Part shown: piece by piece, positions 27,326 to 36,598 of the stretch | How positions within the stretch are numbered: position 1 is the stretch's first letter | How the letters are laid out: each line of letters begins with the position of its first letter | Assembly (NCBI GenBank): GCA_964457335.1 | Contig: CAYWGD010000023.1 | Location: forward strand, 1,127-65,126 | DNA length: 64,000 nucleotides | Direction: 5' to 3' | Source of the DNA: an uncultured Enterobacteriaceae bacterium | GTDB lineage: Bacteria; Myxococcota_A; UBA796; SXON01 | Position numbers and translations under genes: made by a program | The notes under the pieces: generated by a model | What the model was told of the DNA's origin: nothing | Database searches by the model: none | Seen by the model: only the letters and a program-made list of their open reading frames with translations

Positions 27326-28098
27326 GAGAGGCGCCTCCGCTCGAGGCTGAAGACCGCGACGTGCAGCGACACCGCGGCGACCGAGCCCCAGAACACGAGG
27401 TTCCGGGTGTCGATCACGCCGCGGGCGAGGTTGTTGAAGTGCGTCTCGAAGGAGAGGTACTGCACGAGCGGCAGGAGCCCCTGCGGCACGCGCTCCAGGA
27501 AGAAGCCCGTGGCGTACGGGAACATCGACACCACCAGCGCCAGCAGGAACGCGACGATCTGGTTGCTCGTGAGCGAGGACGCCGCCGTGCCGATCGCGGC
27601 CAGCGCGGCCCCGAGCAGCAGGAGCCCGAGGTAGCCGCACAGCGCCGGGCCGAGATCGAGGCCCGTGTCCGTGAACAGGCGGACGAGCATCGGCGGCGCG
27701 TCCCCCGCCGCGACGCTGGGCGTGCCCAGCCAGGCCAGGGTGAAGGCGTACGGCAGGGTGGTGCCCACCGCGACGGCGACGAGCCCCAGCGCGGCGAGGA
27801 ACTTGCCGAGGACGAGCTCTCCCTCCGTGATCGGCAGCGTCACGAGGATCTCGAGGCTGCCCGTGCGCCGCTCCTCCGCGAACAGGCGCATCGTGATCGC
27901 CGGCACCAGGAGGACGAGGAAGACCGCGGCCCAGAAGAAGACCCCGCGGAGGGACACCGTGCCGGCCGCGAAGAGGTCGTCGAACCAGAGCGCGAAGCCC
28001 CCGACGAGCACGACGTAGACGGGCACCACGAAGTAGGCCAGGGGCGAGTCGAAGTAGGCCCCGAGCTCACGGCGGGCGATGGCGAGGACGTTCGTCAT
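27322..28098 (-). CDS. ABC-2 type permease (GldF-like)
   Basis: MTNVLAIARRELGAYFDSPLAYFV…FAEERRTGSLEILVTLPI is the characteristic ABC-2/GldF N-terminal block. 6 TM. Confidence 0.85.
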   Translation of the reverse strand: MTNVLAIARRELGAYFDSPLAYFVVPVYVVLVGGFALWFDDLFAAGTVSLRGVFFWAAVFLVLLVPAITMRLFAEERRTGSLEILVTLPITEGELVLGKFLAALGLVAVAVGTTLPYAFTLAWLGTPSVAAGDAPPMLVRLFTDTGLDLGPALCGYLGLLLLGAALAAIGTAASSLTSNQIVAFLLALVVSMFPYATGFFLERVPQGLLPLVQYLSFETHFNNLARGVIDTRNLVFWGSVAAVSLHVAVFSLERRRLS

Positions 28099-28229
28099 GC
28101 GTCCGGCGGCTTAGCCGGAGCGTCGGGCGGCAGTCAACGAATCGTTTGAGCCGGGCGGACAGAAACTGTCCGGGTGATAACCGCACCTCGTCGGGCCTCC
28201 GCCCGAGCCGACGCCCCAGAGGAGCACGG

Positions 28230-28844
28230 ATGCCCGACGAGATCGTGCTGGTGCTGGACGACGAGGTCCGCGGCGACGACCTCGACGCCATGATGAAGAG
28301 CCTGGGCCTCGTGCGGGTCCAGGTGCTCCGGCCGCCCCGGGCGCCGATGGTGGAGCTGATCTACCGCCGGGCGTCGGCGCCCATCGAGGGCACCGGGAAC
28401 GAGCCGATCCTCGTCCGAGCAATCGACGATCACTTCGTGGGCGTGCTCGTGCTCTCGATCGAAGCGCGCCCCGGCGCCGACGGGCTCGCGCGCATGATGC
28501 AGGGCTGGGTGCGCTCCATCGGGGAGCGTCGCGAGCGCGCCTTCACGACGGAGGATTTGCGCGCGATGTGCGCCGATCCCGATCCGCGCACGCGCGGCTT
28601 CGCGCTCCGCGGCCTCGCCGCCGCCCACCTCGGTCCGGTCGACCCTTCCCTGGTGACGCTGCTCGAGACGGCGGCCGCCGACCCCGTCACCGAGGTGCGC
28701 CAGGACCTGCTGGACGCGATGGCCCGCCTCGGTTGGCCCGAGCTCCGGGGCCTCGCCGAGCGCCTCGCCGCGAGCGATCCGGAGAAGCCCGTGCGGAAGG
28801 CCGCGAAGGGGCTGGTCGCGGCCTTCCGGAAGCTGCAGGGATAG
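28230..28844 (+). CDS. HEAT-repeat protein, apparent paralog of the immunity-like protein at 2902-3495
   Basis: ATG 28230 preceded by agaggag. C-terminal HEAT-like repeats (DPDPRTRGFALRGL, DPVTEVRQDLLDAM, DPEKPVRKAAKGL). The N-terminal region has a similar pattern to the 2902 protein (…ELIY…ILVRAIDD…G…L.I). Confidence 0.65.
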   Translation: MPDEIVLVLDDEVRGDDLDAMMKSLGLVRVQVLRPPRAPMVELIYRRASAPIEGTGNEPILVRAIDDHFVGVLVLSIEARPGADGLARMMQGWVRSIGERRERAFTTEDLRAMCADPDPRTRGFALRGLAAAHLGPVDPSLVTLLETAAADPVTEVRQDLLDAMARLGWPELRGLAERLAASDPEKPVRKAAKGLVAAFRKLQG

Positions 28845-28885
28845 CGGAGCGCCGGTCGTCCCTCACGACGCCGCCGGAAACGCCG

Positions 28886-29770
28886 ATGATCGACCTCGGT
28901 CCCGTCTCCTCCACCGCCCTCCTCACGCTCTACGCCCGGGTGATCGCGGCGGGCTGGGATCCGCCGCTCCTCGAGGACCCGGCCGCGGCGGCGTTGGTCG
29001 CGCGGCTGGACGAGGCGCTCGCGGGGTCGGACGCGCCGTTGCACCGCGCGGTCCGCGCCCGCGACCTCAACCCCGTCCTGGTGGCCGAGCTGGCCCTCCG
29101 CGCCCGCCACTTCGACCGCGTGGCCGACACGTTCCTGGAGGGCACCCCCGGCGGCCTCGTCGTCGAGCTCGGTTGCGGGCTCGACACCCGCGCCGAGCGC
29201 GTGGCGCGCGGACGCGGGGACTGGCTCGCCTTCGATCTGCCCGGCGTGGTCGCGCTCCGCGAGCAGCTCCTGCCCCCGAACCCGCGCCGGACCGTGCTCG
29301 CCGCCGACCTCGCCGACCCGGCGTGGATGGACGCGGTCGCCGAGCGGCAGCCCGTCGCGCCGCCGCTCTTCCTCGCCGAGGGGCTCCTGATGTACCTGCC
29401 CGAGCCCGCGGTCGAGACGCTGGTGATCCGCCTCGCAGCGCGCTTCCCGGGCTGTGTCCTCCTCGCGGACGTGTACCCGCGCTGGGCAGTCGCGATGGTC
29501 CACTCGCGCTACGGGCGATGGAAGGCGCGGCGCCAGCTCCACCTCGACGGGGGCCTGCCCGTCCGGTCCGGCGTCGCCGGCTCCCGCGCGTTCGAGGGGC
29601 TCGCGCCCGGCATCCGGCTCCTGGACGAGTGGTCCTTCCTCGACGAGCCGGACCTCGCGCCCGGGTGGCTCCGCGTGATGCGCGCCGTGCCCGGGCTTCG
29701 GCACGTCCATTGGGCCGTGCGCTACCAGCTCGGGGAGCCGGGTTCGAGCGCGCGAGGCAACGCGCCGTAG
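28886..29770 (+). CDS. Class I SAM-dependent O-methyltransferase (leucine carboxyl/TcmP-like family)
   Basis: LLTLYARV…VVELGCGLDTR…LAEGLLMYL are motifs of the LCM/TcmP-type methyltransferases. Confidence 0.75.
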   Translation: MIDLGPVSSTALLTLYARVIAAGWDPPLLEDPAAAALVARLDEALAGSDAPLHRAVRARDLNPVLVAELALRARHFDRVADTFLEGTPGGLVVELGCGLDTRAERVARGRGDWLAFDLPGVVALREQLLPPNPRRTVLAADLADPAWMDAVAERQPVAPPLFLAEGLLMYLPEPAVETLVIRLAARFPGCVLLADVYPRWAVAMVHSRYGRWKARRQLHLDGGLPVRSGVAGSRAFEGLAPGIRLLDEWSFLDEPDLAPGWLRVMRAVPGLRHVHWAVRYQLGEPGSSARGNAP

Positions 29771-29848
29771 CTTCCGGGCGCCCCCGGATGAAGCCCGGTG
29801 TCGTCACGCGCGAGGCCCGCCGAGCGTACGCTTGCGACGGAGGCAGGC

Positions 29849-32005
29849 ATGCTCACGCGCGCGTGCGTCGGATCGGTCGTGGCGGTGCTGCTCGCGGCGA
29901 GCGGATGCACGCGCCCGGGTGAGGGGAAGGACCCGACGGAGGACCCGGCGCCGCCGGAGGCCGACTCCGGGGACGGCGACACCGCCGACTCCGCGGACAC
30001 CGGCGACACCGCGCCGGACCCGTGCGCGGAGCTCCGCTTCGCGCCCCCGGCCCCCGTCGGCGACCCCTACGTCGCCCTCCAGGAAGCCTGCGCCGCGGGC
30101 TACAACGCCCTCCCGAACACGCTCACCCTCGAGGGCATCGACGGCCCGCTCTCCGGCGTGGACTGCCTCTGCGAGATCCGCGGGGACCTCGTCGTCACCG
30201 GCAACCCGGGCCTCCCCGACCTCGACGGCCTCTCGAACCTCCGCGCCGTCGAGAACGTCGAGATCACCGACAACCCCGCGCTCGCGGACATCGACGGCCT
30301 CGCGGGCCTGAGCGCGCTCGGGACCCTCGAGATCGCCGACAACGCCTCGCTCGCCGACGTCGACGGCCTCGGCGGGCTCCGCTCGGTCTCCACCGTGACG
30401 ATCGCCCGCAACGGCGCGCTCGTCGACCTCGCGGGCCTCTCGGGCCTCACGACCTGGGACTTCCTCACCATCGAGGACGAGGCCTCGCTCGTGGCCCTCG
30501 CGGACCTCCCGGCGCCCACGCCCGACGCCGAGCTGTGGATCCTGCGCTGCGACGCCCTCGCGAGCCTCGACGGGCTCGAGGACATCGAGAGCCTGGCCCG
30601 GATCTACCTCGCGGACACGCCCTCCCTCGCCGACCTCCGCGGCCTGCGCGGCCTCCGGTGGACCGGGGATCTCCTGCTCGTCCGCACGGGCGTCCCCTCG
30701 CTCGACGGCCTCGACCGCCTCCAGCAGGCGGACCTCGTTCTCCTCGGGAACGACGCCCTCCTCGACCTCCGCGGCCTCGGCGGGCTCCGCCTCGCGGACA
30801 CCGTCCGCGTCGAGGAGAACGCCGCGCTCCTCTCCCTCGACGGCCTCGGGGACGGGCTCGTGGTGGACGAGTACCTCCGCGTCACCGACAACCCCTCCCT
30901 CGTCGGGGGCGGCACCGTCTCCGTCCTCGGGGCAGACTCCCTGACGGTCTCCCGCAACGCCGCGCTGGTCGACTTCTCCGGGTGGGAGCGCCTCGCCGAG
31001 GTCACGCGCACCTTCACGATCGAGGACAACCCCTCGCTCACGACGCTCGCCGGCCTCGGCGGGCTGCGCGCCGTCCACTCCCTCGGCGTCAGCCGCAACG
31101 AGACGCTCGGGACGCTCGCCGGCCTCGGCCTGGAGGAGGCCGTCAGCGTCGGCATCTCGCTCAACCCCGAGCTCCGAGACGTGCCGATGCCGCTCCGCTC
31201 GGTCGACTCCCTGACCATCCAAGACAATGCGTCGCTCGCCGCCCTCTCCGGGCTCTCCGACCTGGAGAGCGCCGACACGGTGACGCTGATCGCCAACGGC
31301 CTCACCTCGCTCGACGGGCTCGGCGCCGTCACGGTCCTCGACGAGCTCACGGTCGACGGGGAGGCCGAGCTCGTCACCCTCGACGGCCTCTCCAGCAGCC
31401 TCGTGGTCACGACGCTCACCCTCGAGAGTCTCTCCTCCCTCCCGGATCTCGCCGGGCTGAGCGTCGCGAGCGTCGGCACACTCCACCTCACCGACAACGA
31501 CGCGCTGACCCACCTCGCCGCGGCCGCCCCCGCCGAGGTCGGCGCGCTCTACCTCTCCAGCAACGACACCCTCGTGGACCTCACCGGCTTCGACGCGCTC
31601 ACGTCCACCGCGCCCGCGACCGTGGAGATCTCGGAGAACGCCGGGCTCGCGTCCCTCGCCGGCCTCGGCGCGTTCTCCACGATGGGGGACCTCACGATCG
31701 AGGACAACGACGCCCTCGTCGGCCTCGGCGACCTGTCCGCGATCGCCACGCTGGAGGACCTGTCCATCGAGTACAACGGTGCGCTCACGACGCTCGACGG
31801 CCTCGACGGCCTGCGCGTCGCCGTCGTCGTCAACCTCTACGACAACGACGCGCTCCAGGACGTGACGGCGCTGCACGGCCTCGAGACGGTCGAGGTGCTC
31901 GGCATCCAGGAGAACGACACGCTGCGCTCCGTCGACGCCTACGCCCTCCGCGACGCGATCGGCGCGATCACCGGCTGGAGCACGATCCGCGACAACGGTC
32001 CGTAG
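29849..32005 (+). CDS. Leucine-rich-repeat lipoprotein (about 25 tandem 23-aa LRRs)
   Basis: GGAGG RBS and lipobox LLAASGC. Repeats of form DGL.GL..v..L.I.dN.aL.dl (69-nt period) run through about 30200-31900. Confidence 0.85.
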   Translation: MLTRACVGSVVAVLLAASGCTRPGEGKDPTEDPAPPEADSGDGDTADSADTGDTAPDPCAELRFAPPAPVGDPYVALQEACAAGYNALPNTLTLEGIDGPLSGVDCLCEIRGDLVVTGNPGLPDLDGLSNLRAVENVEITDNPALADIDGLAGLSALGTLEIADNASLADVDGLGGLRSVSTVTIARNGALVDLAGLSGLTTWDFLTIEDEASLVALADLPAPTPDAELWILRCDALASLDGLEDIESLARIYLADTPSLADLRGLRGLRWTGDLLLVRTGVPSLDGLDRLQQADLVLLGNDALLDLRGLGGLRLADTVRVEENAALLSLDGLGDGLVVDEYLRVTDNPSLVGGGTVSVLGADSLTVSRNAALVDFSGWERLAEVTRTFTIEDNPSLTTLAGLGGLRAVHSLGVSRNETLGTLAGLGLEEAVSVGISLNPELRDVPMPLRSVDSLTIQDNASLAALSGLSDLESADTVTLIANGLTSLDGLGAVTVLDELTVDGEAELVTLDGLSSSLVVTTLTLESLSSLPDLAGLSVASVGTLHLTDNDALTHLAAAAPAEVGALYLSSNDTLVDLTGFDALTSTAPATVEISENAGLASLAGLGAFSTMGDLTIEDNDALVGLGDLSAIATLEDLSIEYNGALTTLDGLDGLRVAVVVNLYDNDALQDVTALHGLETVEVLGIQENDTLRSVDAYALRDAIGAITGWSTIRDNGP

Positions 32006-32020
32006 CCGCGGATCCGGGCG

Positions 32021-32219
32021 CGCCCCCCGGGCGCCCGCGGTGTGTCGGAGTTGTCGGCGGCGCAGCGGCGCCCGGGGGTCGGGTGTCCTCCGGGCTCGGC
32101 GCGGAGCGCCTCGGTCGGGCCGCCGCGCGCGGCCCGACCAGCGCGGGCGTCAGGGCGTCCGGTGGCCTCCGGCCCTCCGGGGTGGCGCGCCCGCGCTGCC
32201 CTCCGGCCCCCCTCGCGCG
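32021..32219 (-). repeat. Structured intergenic repeat element, copy 3 (inverted orientation)
   Basis: Collinear with the reverse complement of copy 2 (ggtgtgtc…cctcggtcgggccgc-cgcgc-gcggcccgacc…ccctccggcccccctcgcgcg). The hairpin carries a G/C swap that preserves pairing relative to copies 1 and 2. Confidence 0.8.
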
Positions 32220-32368
32220 GGCGGCTCGGTTGTTCGGGCGGTAGGGGCCCCGCACCACCCGACGGGGCCGGCGCCACGGAGCGGTCCGTCGCGGCTGGGG
32301 AGGCGAGACGTGCGCCCTCGTGTCACGGGCGGGGCCCGATCGACGTTTCGGGCTCCTCGGAGCGACCC

Positions 32369-34252
32369 ATGCGCGTCTTCGGCTGCCTGATCCTCTGCCT
32401 CGCCGGCTGCGCAGGGAAACCCGACGCCGACACCGCCGCCCCCGGAGGCGACACGAGCGGGGACACCGCCGCGGACACCGACACCGCGGACACCGACACC
32501 GCCGCGGACACCGACACCGGCCCGGATCCCGACGCGGACGGGGACGGCTGGCCCGCCTCCGCCGACTGCGACGACGCCGACGCGACGGTGAGCCCCGGCG
32601 CGTCCGAGGCCTGCGACGAGGCCGGCCGCGACGAGGACTGCGACGGGGACGCGAACGAGGGCGACGCCGCCGACGCGACCACCTGGCACCCCGACGGGGA
32701 CGCCGACGGCTACGGCGATGGGGCGACCTCCTACGCCGCGTGCGAGCCGCCCAGCTCGGCGTGGGTGGCGGACGGCACCGACTGCGACGACGAGGACGAT
32801 CGCCTGAACCCCGGCAACGCCGAGGTGTGCGGGAACGGCCTCGACGACGACTGCGACGGCGACGCGAGCGACTGCTCGTTCTCCGGGTCCTACGAGGCCA
32901 CGACGGCGACCTGGACCTTCACGGGCTCCGACGACTCGGAGCGGCTCGGCGAGCAGGTCGAGCTCGGGGACCTCGACGGGGACGGCCACGCCGACCTCGT
33001 CGGGGGCATGCAGGGGTACCGGGTGGCCGGGTACGTGTACGGGGGCGTCGGGCTCGCCTACGGGCCGGTCACCACCGACGGCACGTTCACGGCCGTGACC
33101 GACGCCGTCCTCTACGGCAGCGGCAGCAGCGACTACCTCGGGCGCACGATCGGGGTCGGGGACCTCGACGGCGACGGCGCCGACGAGCTGCTCCTCGCCG
33201 CGTACGAGGGCGCCCGGTACCTCGGCGAGGTGCACCTCGTCTACGGCTCCACCACCCGGCGCTCCGGGGTGACGGAGGCGGCCGCGGCCTCGGACACCGC
33301 GACGCTGCTCGGGACCACGCCGGGCGACTACCTCGGAACCGACGTGGCCGCCGGGGGCGACCTCGACGGCGACGGACTCGAGGAGATGGTCCTCGGCGCC
33401 GCCGGCGTGACCGGATGGCTCGATCGGGAGGGCGCCGCGTACCTCTACTACGGCTCGACCACGCGCCTCGCCGGCGACGCGACGGCCACCTCCACGGCGG
33501 ACGCCGCCTTCGAAGGCTTCGCCGCGGTGCACCGGGTCGGGTGGGACCTCGCCTTCGTCGACGACATGGACGGCGACGGGCTCGACGAGCTCCTGATCGG
33601 CGCCTACGGGGAGACGGCGAGCGTGGAGCACGACGGCGCGGCCTACCTGTTCCTCGGGAACGCAGGCTACGCCGGCGTGTTCTCCGTGGCCTCCGCCGAC
33701 GTGAAGTACACCGGCACGGCGGCCCACGACTACGCGGGGCAGGAGGTCTACGGCCTGACCGACCTCGACGGCGACGGCTACGGCGACGCCGGCGTGTACG
33801 GCGACGGCTACGACGGGGGCGGCCTGTCGAGCACCGGGGCGCTCTGGATCTACCGGGGCGGTGCCGCCCTCTCGAGCACCGCCGACGCCACCGTGCACGG
33901 CACCGCGCGCGAGTTCCTCGGCGACGCGGCCACCTCGGTCGGGGACCAGGACGGGGACGGCGTCAACGACCTCCTCGTCGGAGCCTCCGGCGAGAGCATG
34001 AGCAGCTGGTACGACACTCCCGGCGCCGCCTACCTCTTCTACGGCCCCGTCTCCGGAACCGTGGCGGCGTCCGCGGCCGACGCGACCTTCCTCGGGACCC
34101 CGGGCGACGGGCGGGACCACTTCGGCACGGGGCTGCCCGCCCGCCCGGGCGACGTGAGCGGGGACGGCCTCCCGGACGTGATCGTCGGCGCCAGCTTCTA
34201 CTCCCCGGGGGACAACGCCGAAGGCGCGGTATTCGTCTGGACCGGCGAGTAG
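32369..34252 (+). CDS. Lipoprotein with MopE-like Cys-rich repeats and FG-GAP repeats (paralog of 17664-19562)
   Basis: ATG 32369 and lipobox LCLAGC. DT-rich low-complexity region, CDD.D…P repeats, then GDLDGDG…D…GA repeats. Confidence 0.85.
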   Translation: MRVFGCLILCLAGCAGKPDADTAAPGGDTSGDTAADTDTADTDTAADTDTGPDPDADGDGWPASADCDDADATVSPGASEACDEAGRDEDCDGDANEGDAADATTWHPDGDADGYGDGATSYAACEPPSSAWVADGTDCDDEDDRLNPGNAEVCGNGLDDDCDGDASDCSFSGSYEATTATWTFTGSDDSERLGEQVELGDLDGDGHADLVGGMQGYRVAGYVYGGVGLAYGPVTTDGTFTAVTDAVLYGSGSSDYLGRTIGVGDLDGDGADELLLAAYEGARYLGEVHLVYGSTTRRSGVTEAAAASDTATLLGTTPGDYLGTDVAAGGDLDGDGLEEMVLGAAGVTGWLDREGAAYLYYGSTTRLAGDATATSTADAAFEGFAAVHRVGWDLAFVDDMDGDGLDELLIGAYGETASVEHDGAAYLFLGNAGYAGVFSVASADVKYTGTAAHDYAGQEVYGLTDLDGDGYGDAGVYGDGYDGGGLSSTGALWIYRGGAALSSTADATVHGTAREFLGDAATSVGDQDGDGVNDLLVGASGESMSSWYDTPGAAYLFYGPVSGTVAASAADATFLGTPGDGRDHFGTGLPARPGDVSGDGLPDVIVGASFYSPGDNAEGAVFVWTGE

Positions 34253-34352
34253 GCCCCCGGAGAGGGGTGGCGCGCCCCGCGCCGGGGGTTCGGGGGCGGC
34301 TGGGCCGCCCCCGACGGGGGGCGTTGCGGGGGGAGCCCCCCCGCCCCAAGAC

Positions 34353-35528
34353 CTACTTGGCGACGGCCGGGACGATGTCCACCTGCTCCGTGCGGGCCCA
34401 GAGCCGGGCCTCGTCCCACGTGGCGGGCTTCTCGATGTGGTGGGTGAGCACGTTGCGGGCGGTCTCGAAGAAGCCCTCGATCGTGCGGAACATGAAGCTC
34501 GTGTCGATCCAGCACGCGCGCATGCAACCCTCGCAGCTGCCGGCCTCCAACATGCGCTTCCGCTCGTACTCGATGGAGTGGAAGTAGGCCTCGAAGTCGG
34601 GATCGAGGATGTGCTTGTGCTGGTGGAGCGTGCGGTGGCAGATGGCGAATTGGCCGTTGGGCGACACGCTGAAGTAGAGCCGGCCCGCGTCGCAGCCCTC
34701 GGCCGGGAAGCGCCCGGTCTTCAGGTACATGCGGCTCGCCTCGAGGTAGGGCGTCGAGTTGAGGATCGGCCAGCCCTCGTTCTTCATCGCGATGAGCGTG
34801 TCGTAGGCGTGGTCGATGCGGGCGAGCACGGCTTCGGCGGAGTCGGCGGTGTTGAGCCCCATCTCCGGGCGGTAGCGGATGAAGCGCGCCTCCCAGTTGC
34901 GCACGCCGGCCTTGGGGTCCGGGAGCAGCTCGACCGGCAGGAAGCTGATGTGGAAGCCGATGTCCCGCGCGAACCGCACGAGATCGGGCAATTCCTCGAG
35001 GTTCAGGTTCGAGACGACACAGTTGATCGTCGGCATGCCGTTCGTGCCGTCGAGCAGCTTCGCCACGGTGGTCATCGACTTGACCGCCTCGTCCCAGCTG
35101 CCCTCCTTCTCGCAGATGTAGTCGAAGCGCGCCGGGTAGAGCGAGTCCAGCGAGATCGAGAAGTTGCGGACGCCCTTGTCCACGGTCTTCGCGAGCCGGT
35201 CGTAGCTGACACCGACGCCGTTGGTGAGCACGCGGACGTTGAGCCCCGCGTCCACGAACTCGCCCGCGGCGTCCTCGAGGTAGTCGCAGGCGTAGGGCTC
35301 GCCGCCGCCGATCGAGAGCTGCACCACGCCGAGCCGCCCCATCCGCTGCGCCATCTCGCGGATCTGCGGGATCTCCAGCTCCTCCTTGCGGTTGCCGTAG
35401 CGCCAGATGCCGCACATCTTGCAGGTCAGGTTGCAGCGGTGCGTGATGCCGTAGTGGGCGTACACCGGCACCCGCCGGGTGACGAAGGCCTCCGCGATGC
35501 GGGCGTAGCCAGGGACCTTGAGCTTCAT
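34353..35528 (-). CDS. Radical SAM protein with SPASM/twitch-like C-terminal Cys cluster
   Basis: ATG 35528 overlaps the upstream stop (ATGA). HYGITHRCNLTCKMCGIW (CX3CX2C) and GGGEP. C-terminal CDAGRLYFSVSPNGQFAIC…CEGCMRAC. The DNA has slightly lower GC than its neighbours. Confidence 0.85.
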   Translation of the reverse strand: MKLKVPGYARIAEAFVTRRVPVYAHYGITHRCNLTCKMCGIWRYGNRKEELEIPQIREMAQRMGRLGVVQLSIGGGEPYACDYLEDAAGEFVDAGLNVRVLTNGVGVSYDRLAKTVDKGVRNFSISLDSLYPARFDYICEKEGSWDEAVKSMTTVAKLLDGTNGMPTINCVVSNLNLEELPDLVRFARDIGFHISFLPVELLPDPKAGVRNWEARFIRYRPEMGLNTADSAEAVLARIDHAYDTLIAMKNEGWPILNSTPYLEASRMYLKTGRFPAEGCDAGRLYFSVSPNGQFAICHRTLHQHKHILDPDFEAYFHSIEYERKRMLEAGSCEGCMRACWIDTSFMFRTIEGFFETARNVLTHHIEKPATWDEARLWARTEQVDIVPAVAK

Positions 35529-36598
35529 GCGACACCTCGGCGCGGGGCGCCGGCGTTCGGGGCAGCGGGGGCCGGCGCGCCGGTGGGACGAAGGGCCTTC
35601 GTCCACTCGAACAGCGTCGGGGCGTTGAGGTTGTAGAGGTAGTTGTACTCCGTGAGCGACGTGGACGTACACGCGCGGCACGGGTTGTCGCCGAGCCGGG
35701 CGAACGCCTCGGCGAAGCCGCCCCGGCGCACGTTGATGCCCGAAGCCCCGTCGCCGAGGAGGCCGCACGGCGTCACGGTGCCGTCGGGCTGCACGGCGCA
35801 GTAGAGCTGCCCGGCCATGCAGTGCACGTCCTCGTGGGGCGCGCTGGACGAGCCGGTGGCGAACGCCGGCCAGGTGAGCAGGTAGCGGAGCGACTTCTCG
35901 CTGGTGCCCACGCGGCGGCCCGCCAGCCGGGCCTCCAGGAGCTTTCGGAGCACCTTCTTCACGCCGTCGTCGGGGGGCCGGAGCTCGTCGGCGCGCGCGG
36001 CGCACAAGAACGGCCGGCGCTGGAGCAGCTGGAAGTTGGCGACGAAGCCCCAGCGGTCGGCGAGATCGAGGACGGTGTCGACGTCGTCGAGGTTCTCGCG
36101 GGTGAGCGTCGTGATCGTGTGGGTGTCGACCCCGCGTCGGGAGGCCTCGGCGATCGCGGCCAGGGCCTGCCGCCAGGCGCCGGGCTCGCGGTTGTTGTCG
36201 TGGGCCGCCTCTCCGCCGTCGAGCGCCACCATGAGGCGCCCGAGGCGCGTCAGCTCGTCGGCGCGGGCCGGGTAGCGGTAGCCGTTGGTCTCCATCGTGG
36301 ACCAGATGCCGTGGTCCGCGAGGCGATCGACGATCGCGCCGATGTCCGCCCGGAGGAGCGGCTCGCCGCCGCTGATCCCCGCGCGCACCGCCCCGGCCGC
36401 CGCCATCGCGTCGACGAGCGCGATCATCTCGGCGGTGTCGAGCTCCTTCTGGGGGTGCAGCGGGATCGAGCAGTAGCTGCACAACGCGTCGCACCGCGTC
36501 GTCACGTAGAGCATCACGGACAGGGGCATGCGGTGCCCCGTCAGCCGGTAGCGCGCGGCGCCGACCCCGCTCTTGAGGACGGCGGCGCGCCGGCTCAC
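35525..36598 (-). CDS. Radical SAM protein with SPASM-like C-terminal domain
   Basis: GTG 36598 overlaps the DegT-like stop (GTGA); alternative internal ATG (MPLSVML…). YVTTRCDALCSYC (CX3CX2C), SGGEPLL, and C-terminal CMAGQLYCAVQPDGTVTPC…CRAC. Confidence 0.85.
   Translation of the reverse strand: MSRRAAVLKSGVGAARYRLTGHRMPLSVMLYVTTRCDALCSYCSIPLHPQKELDTAEMIALVDAMAAAGAVRAGISGGEPLLRADIGAIVDRLADHGIWSTMETNGYRYPARADELTRLGRLMVALDGGEAAHDNNREPGAWRQALAAIAEASRRGVDTHTITTLTRENLDDVDTVLDLADRWGFVANFQLLQRRPFLCAARADELRPPDDGVKKVLRKLLEARLAGRRVGTSEKSLRYLLTWPAFATGSSSAPHEDVHCMAGQLYCAVQPDGTVTPCGLLGDGASGINVRRGGFAEAFARLGDNPCRACTSTSLTEYNYLYNLNAPTLFEWTKALRPTGAPAPAAPNAGAPRRGVA

Noticed and set aside
34292-34312. GC hairpin gggggcggc-tgg-gccgccccc between the convergent lipoprotein and radical SAM genes, as a bidirectional terminator
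   Set aside because: No U/A tract on either side. It is plausible but cannot be supported as an intrinsic terminator from sequence alone.
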